Source: an uncultured Thiothrix sp. (GTDB lineage: Bacteria > Pseudomonadota > Gammaproteobacteria > Thiotrichales > Thiotrichaceae). From it: a stretch of 53,536 nt of DNA. Below, piece by piece: positions 48,139-53,536 of the stretch; the stretch's first letter is position 1, and the number at the start of each line of letters is the position of its first letter. The DNA is taken from contig CAZJDN010000001.1 in assembly GCA_964544775.1 (NCBI GenBank), forward strand, positions 1 through 53,536. Reading direction: 5' to 3'. The notes beneath the pieces were generated by a model. That model was not told the DNA's origin. It saw nothing but the letters and a program-made list of their open reading frames with translations, and ran no database searches. A program made the position numbers and the translations under genes.

Positions 48139-49893
48139 CTACACTGCGTACCCGTGCTCGTGGTTGTCCACGCGCTGGCTTGCATATGCCTGCTTGAGCC
48201 GCTGTTGCTGTCGTGCGGCTGCCATTGCGAACGTAGCTTTGTAGGCTGTTTCCATCAAGCTCACTTTATGCTTTGCCCACACTATCGGGGCATAGTGACA
48301 GACGTCTAGGGCGTTATCCCTGTTATTCGTCTTGAGCTTGTCGAAGGCTACGCCTTCATTCTTGATCGGCACCATCGCGTCTGGATGCACCAGAATCTCG
48401 CCGCTATTAAACTGCCCGAAGGCTGTCAGTATGCGGCTGTTCTTGTTGCGCCTCTCAGGTGCTATAGGTCGTATTGAAAACAGCTCCTTTAGCTGAGGCG
48501 GCAACAGCAACTTTTGCTTAGCCCTGTTGAACCACCATAGCAAGGTATCTTGGTAAGCCACGTCCTCAATGAAGATATCAAAACAGCTATGAGCAATAGC
48601 AAGCTTGAACCCTTCCCTGATAGCTTGTATCGGAGTGAGCTGTCGCTGGATAATACTGCGTATCACTGCTTTCTCATCTAGCACATACACGAGTGCTATT
48701 GCATGCTCATCAGCCTGCTCTTTTGTGGAGGCTGGGTCAATGATAATGAATCGTGCATCAGCCTCGCCACCTTCATCAATTGCAAGTAGCCGTTGATGCC
48801 AGTCGTATGACATTGCATCCCAAATTTGCCGCATCAGCGCAGGATTAAAGCTTTGGTTCTTGGCAATATCCATGACATTCATGTACTGTGCCAGCCAGCT
48901 TCCTTCCTTGCCTAATCTTGCTGCGCTCCTGTAAGCACTTAACAGCGTAACAATTGGGTGCAACTCCGACCAGAGCGAAGTGCCATCCTTGAGTATCGCC
49001 CCAAGCGTCAAACTTACCCACTCGCTATCTTCCGCAAGCTTGGTAAGTATTGCACCCTTATGCTCATAGGTGTTACCAACATAAATATTTATGGCTCCTT
49101 CTGGGCTACGTGTTGGGAGCAGTGTGCCAACAATCCAACTCAGCAGGCTTTCACTCTCCACCTCACTCTTCGCATTCTCTTCATCCTGCACATCGTCCAT
49201 CAGAATGACATCTGGACGTCGATTGCCTACGTTAATGCCACGTAATGATGTGCGTTGACCTTTCGCCTTTAGAACACACTCATTACCGCAAAAGCTAAAT
49301 ACCTTTTCGTCTTGAGTATTTTTGCTGATCTTAGTGTCGTAGTTGCCGAAGTAGAGCCGCACTTGTGGGCTATCCAGCAGAGCCTCAATATCCTTAATGA
49401 TATTGCCTGCGTTGGGGTCACTGTTGCCTACCACAAGAATGAAAGTGTGCCGCGAGAACGCGAGACAGTAGAAGCAGAACACTTTCATCAGAGTAGTTTT
49501 AGCAAAGCCACGCGGGATACCAAGCGCCAGATTCGCAATGCCTGTGAAGTCCTGCAAGGCTGCAAGACTTTCAATCATTAAATACCACATGGCAACTAGC
49601 AATGGCGGAAAGTTGAATTTAAAGGTTTCCGGCATTAAAAACCGAGTCAGAAAATTAACATCAGTTGCGCAGCGATGTACCACTTCTTCGTGACTCATGC
49701 CATCAACAAGTTCTTCCCAAGTTGATAAGCGTTGTTGGCGCTTGCTGAAAAGCTTTACTGTTGCTGGTGCTCTTGCACGTAGGGAAGCTTCCGCTTCAAG
49801 TGCACTAGCCTGTTCAATTGCCCACACTGCGTCAGCGGCTCCGTTGCGGTAAGAGGCACTAGATGTGGCGGATGTTGCCGCTCCAGTCCCCAT
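48139..49893 (-). CDS. terL: terminase large subunit
   Basis: PRGFAKTT Walker A, ILMDDVQD Walker B, VGN coupling motif, IIIDPAS, FIED, DNALD; start via TAATG overlap with TerS after GAGGAGG. Confidence 0.92.
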   Translation of the reverse strand: MGTGAATSATSSASYRNGAADAVWAIEQASALEAEASLRARAPATVKLFSKRQQRLSTWEELVDGMSHEEVVHRCATDVNFLTRFLMPETFKFNFPPLLVAMWYLMIESLAALQDFTGIANLALGIPRGFAKTTLMKVFCFYCLAFSRHTFILVVGNSDPNAGNIIKDIEALLDSPQVRLYFGNYDTKISKNTQDEKVFSFCGNECVLKAKGQRTSLRGINVGNRRPDVILMDDVQDEENAKSEVESESLLSWIVGTLLPTRSPEGAINIYVGNTYEHKGAILTKLAEDSEWVSLTLGAILKDGTSLWSELHPIVTLLSAYRSAARLGKEGSWLAQYMNVMDIAKNQSFNPALMRQIWDAMSYDWHQRLLAIDEGGEADARFIIIDPASTKEQADEHAIALVYVLDEKAVIRSIIQRQLTPIQAIREGFKLAIAHSCFDIFIEDVAYQDTLLWWFNRAKQKLLLPPQLKELFSIRPIAPERRNKNSRILTAFGQFNSGEILVHPDAMVPIKNEGVAFDKLKTNNRDNALDVCHYAPIVWAKHKVSLMETAYKATFAMAAARQQQRLKQAYASQRVDNHEHGYAV

Positions 49894-50867
49894 TAAGAAT
49901 CCTCCTCTGGAGACTTGGTGGGAGGCTGTTGAGCATGTGCAAGTAACCACGCGTCTGGATGACTATCCAGCAACGCATCCTCAATAAGCGGCGTAATAGC
50001 CGCTTCTGCCAATGCTTCGTCAAGTGCTTCCGACTTTAGTGATGCAAGCTGCGCTTGTTGGGCTTCTCTCACAGCAGCAGCGTTACTATGGTGCAGTTCT
50101 GTACCTGCTACTTGTCGCAATGTGTCCACAGACATATTCACCAGCTCACGAATACCTCCTGCGCTTTCAATACCAATGACTCGACTATTCTCATCAAGTA
50201 TTGGCTTATAGGCTGCGCCTCCTGAGCCGTTGCTGTGCAAGCTGATTCGCACATTGTTAACCACGTTGCCTTGCACGGTACGACCTGCGTCCTTATTAGC
50301 AGCTGCAACCTGTGCTGAGGCTTTACCTGTTTGCAGCAGGCTGCTAACAACCCGCAGTCCTTCCATCATGTTGCGGAAACTTATGTTACGTCCGCCTTCA
50401 AGCTCATCCTGTACTTTTTGCAACAGTAGCTTCTGGATATTAGCAGCCTTATCGTGATGACCTAATTCCTGTCTTGCACGAGCTGCTTGAATTGCTTCGC
50501 ACAAGTCCCCATAACTACTTACAACTTCAACTTCATGAGGCAAGAGAGTGATGGACTCTCCGTCATGTCCGAGTTGCTGCGCTCCCTCTGCCGAGATGCT
50601 GGCTTGTAGGGCAGCTTCCAGCTCCGGGGTGAGCGGCTCCCTGTAGAGTAGTTGGCGTATTGCAGGCGCGGGTAAGCCGGTAATTGCCGCCATCTGGTCA
50701 TACTGCATCCCAGCCACCGCCAACTTGAGTAATTGTGCTTTTGTATGCTCCCTAATGACCAGTTTAGAGGCGCTTGCTCCGTTGGTGCTCTCGGTTGAGG
50801 CAGGAAGTGTTGCTTGGGGTTGGGATAGCTGCCCAAAATTGCTGTGCTGAGTTTGCATAGGTATCAT
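49893..50867 (-). CDS. terS: probable terminase small subunit
   Basis: N-terminal HTH (GMQYDQMAAITGLPAPAIRQLL); translationally coupled to terL. Confidence 0.6.
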   Translation of the reverse strand: MIPMQTQHSNFGQLSQPQATLPASTESTNGASASKLVIREHTKAQLLKLAVAGMQYDQMAAITGLPAPAIRQLLYREPLTPELEAALQASISAEGAQQLGHDGESITLLPHEVEVVSSYGDLCEAIQAARARQELGHHDKAANIQKLLLQKVQDELEGGRNISFRNMMEGLRVVSSLLQTGKASAQVAAANKDAGRTVQGNVVNNVRISLHSNGSGGAAYKPILDENSRVIGIESAGGIRELVNMSVDTLRQVAGTELHHSNAAAVREAQQAQLASLKSEALDEALAEAAITPLIEDALLDSHPDAWLLAHAQQPPTKSPEEDS

Positions 50868-50881
50868 GGGCTGCGCCCTCC

Positions 50882-51226
50882 TTAATATTGCTTATAGGCT
50901 GCGAAGCCTAATGCGACCATTTGTGACCCAATGTCTACCCCATCTAGCTCCACTTCTGCAAGCCAGCGCCCGAACTTTTCTTTCTTGTCTTTGTAAGTGC
51001 GCACAATAACTTGCCTGTTAAGCACTTGGGATACCAGCCATTCTTTGGAGCGTAGCCCGGCTGCCTTTTCTGCACCATACACCTCGGGGGCATTAATGCT
51101 TACATTTGACATGGCTACTAGACGAAGTGCCTGTTTATGCATCCACACGCCTAGTCCTAAGTCAATGTCTACTTTAAGTGTATCCCCGTCATGCACATCA
51201 ACTACAATTGCGCTGTATTCATACAT
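50882..51226 (-). CDS. thermonuclease (SNase-like)
   Basis: VHDGDTLKVDIDLG, RL...INAPE, KFGRWLA, MVALGFA. Confidence 0.88.
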   Translation of the reverse strand: MYEYSAIVVDVHDGDTLKVDIDLGLGVWMHKQALRLVAMSNVSINAPEVYGAEKAAGLRSKEWLVSQVLNRQVIVRTYKDKKEKFGRWLAEVELDGVDIGSQMVALGFAAYKQY

Positions 51227-51233
51227 GGGCTGC

Positions 51234-51381
51234 GCCCTCCTTCGGGCTGAGTAAATTATTGCACACTGCTGCGTTAAGTCAAGCCTTATAAAATGCTTCG
51301 CATTTTATAACCCGCTGCGCTGGGGCAAGGGCTTGACTAAACTTGCTTAGTGTGCAGGCAGTATCCGTGCCCGGGAAGGGC
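51234..51381 (-). promoter_or_regulatory. structured hairpin-promoter element E13
   Basis: Minus arm TTGACT-16-AATAAT; stems TGCACACT/AGTGTGCA and AGTCAAGCC/GGCTTGACT; inner TTATAAAATGC-TTC-GCATTTTATAA. Confidence 0.75.
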
Positions 51382-51391
51382 TGCTGCTGCC

Positions 51392-52120
51392 TCACATTGC
51401 AGCATGTTTCGCGAGTGCTGTTGCTGTCCCTAGCTTCACTGCTTCTGCAACTTTACCATCTGGCATCACCACATAGTAGATTGCAGTGTCTAGTTGCTGT
51501 TTTGTGGATGCTGCGTTGAAGCGGGCGCTTGCGCCTTGCAGGAGGCTGCGAACCCGCGCTAATGACAGCCCCGCCTGAGAGCTTGCTACCGCAAGCTCCT
51601 TTGCTTCATATAGGCGACCGCCTGATGGCGCATTGCGCTTGAGCCACTCTGAGGCTTGTGCTCTATATCTATAAAGCCCAATTGCACTACTAGAGACGAA
51701 GCCCTTGGCTTCGTCCTCGCTGCCTACTTGCTGCGATAGCGTAGCCATCGCTTGCTGCCAAGGAGATGCAATCTTGCTGGCATCCACATAGGCTTGTGGG
51801 CTAGTGCCTGCCACAGCAAACAGAGGTAAAGAGCTTTGGGAAGCGCGCAGCGCCGCTGCTCCTGTAGCTTGGCGAGAAGCAGCAGGTACTAGTCCTTTTG
51901 CTGTGGCGTAGCCTGCAATGTAGCAGAAGCCAGCAACCGCTGCCTCTGTCTCATGAAACATCTTTGTGGCAGCCGCGCTGAGGCTGTCTGCTTCTGCCAT
52001 AGTTAATCTGCCCGTCGGCAGATTGTTTACGCTGAAAAAAGATTGCTTTGCATTGCGTCGCTGTAGCGACGCATCAAGAGCTTGAAACTGCTGTAGTGGT
52101 AGCATGGCGACCTCTAGCAT
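51392..52120 (-). CDS. Ala-rich hypothetical protein
   Basis: 242-aa ORF; possible start 52105 after GAGGT. Confidence 0.65.
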   Translation of the reverse strand: MLEVAMLPLQQFQALDASLQRRNAKQSFFSVNNLPTGRLTMAEADSLSAAATKMFHETEAAVAGFCYIAGYATAKGLVPAASRQATGAAALRASQSSLPLFAVAGTSPQAYVDASKIASPWQQAMATLSQQVGSEDEAKGFVSSSAIGLYRYRAQASEWLKRNAPSGGRLYEAKELAVASSQAGLSLARVRSLLQGASARFNAASTKQQLDTAIYYVVMPDGKVAEAVKLGTATALAKHAAM

Positions 52121-52553
52121 ATTGATTAATTAAGAGGGCGAAGCCCTGCCCTTGCCCTTGCCCCTGTGTAGCGTGGCGAAGCTGCGTTATGCATTGCTCA
52201 TACTGCTCCCATTTACTGCCTTGTCTTTTGCTTACTTGCCGGGTGTCGAGCATCATCATTACCACAATGGCTGGCTGCATATCTTGTCCGGGCAAGTAGT
52301 TAAGTTGCATTACTGTTGGGTATTTGCGGCAAGCCCCTGCATGTGTGTTGGAGAGCCACATACTGTATGAAGTGAGGCTGCCTTTTGCTGCCCACTCTTC
52401 TTCATAGATTTCGCGTAGCGAAATCTTTTTATTTGCTGGCATCCCGAGAATGCCCAGCAGTAGTGCATTCATAATCACCCAGAAAGTGTTAAGTGGTGGA
52501 GGCGTAGCCTGCACCCATTGCGGTGTTGCCTGCAACTGTTCAAAAGCTGTCAT
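52074..52553 (-). CDS. hypothetical protein
   Basis: AGGAG RBS; first gene after promoter P3. Confidence 0.65.
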   Translation of the reverse strand: MTAFEQLQATPQWVQATPPPLNTFWVIMNALLLGILGMPANKKISLREIYEEEWAAKGSLTSYSMWLSNTHAGACRKYPTVMQLNYLPGQDMQPAIVVMMMLDTRQVSKRQGSKWEQYEQCITQLRHATQGQGQGQGFALLINQYARGRHATTTAVSSS

Positions 52554-52601
52554 GTCGGTGTCTCCTACTTGTTTGCTTGCTTGCTAATTAAAGAGGGCAT
52601 A

Positions 52602-52666
52602 GCCCTGGCGAAGCCCCTGCCCTGGCGAAGCCCCTGCCCTGGAGAAGCCCCTGCCCTGGCGAAGCC
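52602..52666. repeat. 17-bp tandem repeat, about x3.8
   Basis: GCCCTGGCGAAGCCCCT units in the P3 leader; three contain GGC-GAA-GCC and one has a substitution. Confidence 0.85.
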
Positions 52667-52699
52667 ATTTCTTTGAAATTTTTCTTTAGACTCCCTTCT

Positions 52700-52728
52700 A
52701 TTATACCACATTTTTCCTCCCTTGTCAA
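52700..52728 (-). promoter_or_regulatory. consensus sigma70 promoter P3
   Basis: TTGACA-AGGGAGGAAAAATGTGG-TATAAT-AGAAGGGAG; same TGTGGTATAATAGA as P1 and P2. Confidence 0.9.
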
Positions 52729-53179
52729 CTCCACTTTTTTTTAGAGGCTCCCTACAAAGCTTCTCACCCCTAAATAGCCCCTAAAACCCTTGATTTTACT
52801 GTTGTGGAGAAGCCTTATAGCAGTGCTGAGGTGCAAAGTAATAAAGTTGGAAATTGGGGGTAAAAGTGGGGTTAAGGGGCAGTGCTGAGGTGCAAAAGTG
52901 GGATTTTGGGGAAATTTGAAATTTTTTTTGAGCTATCATATAAAGCGCCGAAGACTCCCCGGTCATCAAAAGGTCTTCACCCCCTTATGGCTTTGTGCGA
53001 GGCAGGATGCCGAGCCTGCATCAGCTTGCTGATGCTGCTGAGCGAGTGCATGGATGCACGAGCGGCGAGCGAAGCGAGCAATACTTGCAAGAATGGTGAC
53101 AGCTTGCTGGCGGCATTCTTGCCACGAGCGAAGCGAGTACAGCCCGAGCGAGCGTCTAGCGAGCGAGAACGCGCCCCCC

Positions 53180-53209
53180 ATTATATCACAACTCAATGGC
53201 GCTTGTCAA
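53180..53209 (-). promoter_or_regulatory. sigma70 promoter P4
   Basis: TTGACA-18-TATAAT with TG extension on the minus strand. Confidence 0.7.
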
Positions 53210-53450
53210 TACCCACAAAGAGATATATAAAGGCTACGCCTCTTATGGTAGCAAAAGGCTGCTCAAACTTTATACATATATTTAGTGAAAAAGCTCTAAA
53301 AAAAGGTTGCATTCATTGCTGCAAGCCCTTACAATATACCTATGTTAGATGGAAGTATCCGCTAACAGCAAGGCAGGGCTGCATGTGCCCACCATGCCCA
53401 AGTTGTGCCCAAAATGGGTATTGTGGCTGCCTTGCTGTTAGCAACCACTA

Positions 53451-53536
53451 GCACCCATAGGGGCAAGGGCAATCATAGATTGCACCCATAGGGGCAAGGG
53501 CAATCATAGATTGCACCCATAGGGGCAAGGGCAATC
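53451..53536. repeat. 31-bp tandem repeat, about x2.8, running off the window end
   Basis: GCACCCATAGGGGCAAGGGCAATCATAGATT repeated. Confidence 0.9.

Noticed and set aside
2147-51381. Elements E1-E13 as ordinary rho-independent terminators, REP/MITE repeats or CRISPR repeats
   Set aside because: Most lack a U-tract after the outer stem and carry spaced -35/-10 boxes. No RAYT, transposase or target duplication is seen, and they are dispersed rather than arrayed. A secondary RNA-level role is not excluded.
52882-53451. 189-aa plus ORF and 76-aa minus ORF at the right end
   Set aside because: No RBS, they run through promoter and repeat sequence, and the composition is not protein-like.
1-53536. 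Alternative genetic code or temperate lifestyle
   Set aside because: Core genes are intact under the standard code and all three stops are used. No integrase, repressor or partition genes were recognised, and Rha alone is insufficient evidence.

Overview
The window looks like a complete or nearly complete ~53.5 kb lytic, podovirus-like phage genome with two convergent arms. The left arm (+, ~0-24 kb) carries early hypotheticals, a Rha-family protein, RecD-like helicase, Cas4-like exonuclease, AAA ATPase, probable SSB, family A DNA polymerase, a DUF3987-like helicase and an exported lytic transglycosylase. The right arm (-, ~24-52.6 kb) carries a thermonuclease, TerS, TerL, portal, scaffold, major capsid, tail and Cys-rich virion proteins, lysis genes and internal virion proteins. 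I found no integrase, repressor, tRNA, RNA polymerase or primase. The main observation is 13 intergenic elements of ~115-160 bp, sitting mostly at gene-cluster junctions. Each folds into the same structure despite divergent sequence: a GC outer stem, a ~10-12 nt mismatch bubble starting within a -10 box, a long stem containing TTGAC (-35), and two C-NNN-G triloop mini-hairpins. Both arms read as outward-facing sigma70 promoters, often with 16 vs 19 bp spacers. This resembles Frpo/sso single-stranded or cruciform promoters used genome-wide. A structured ~350 nt candidate ncRNA with repeated CCUCC motifs lies between TerL and portal. All calls come from reading motifs by eye; no searches or folding programs were run.
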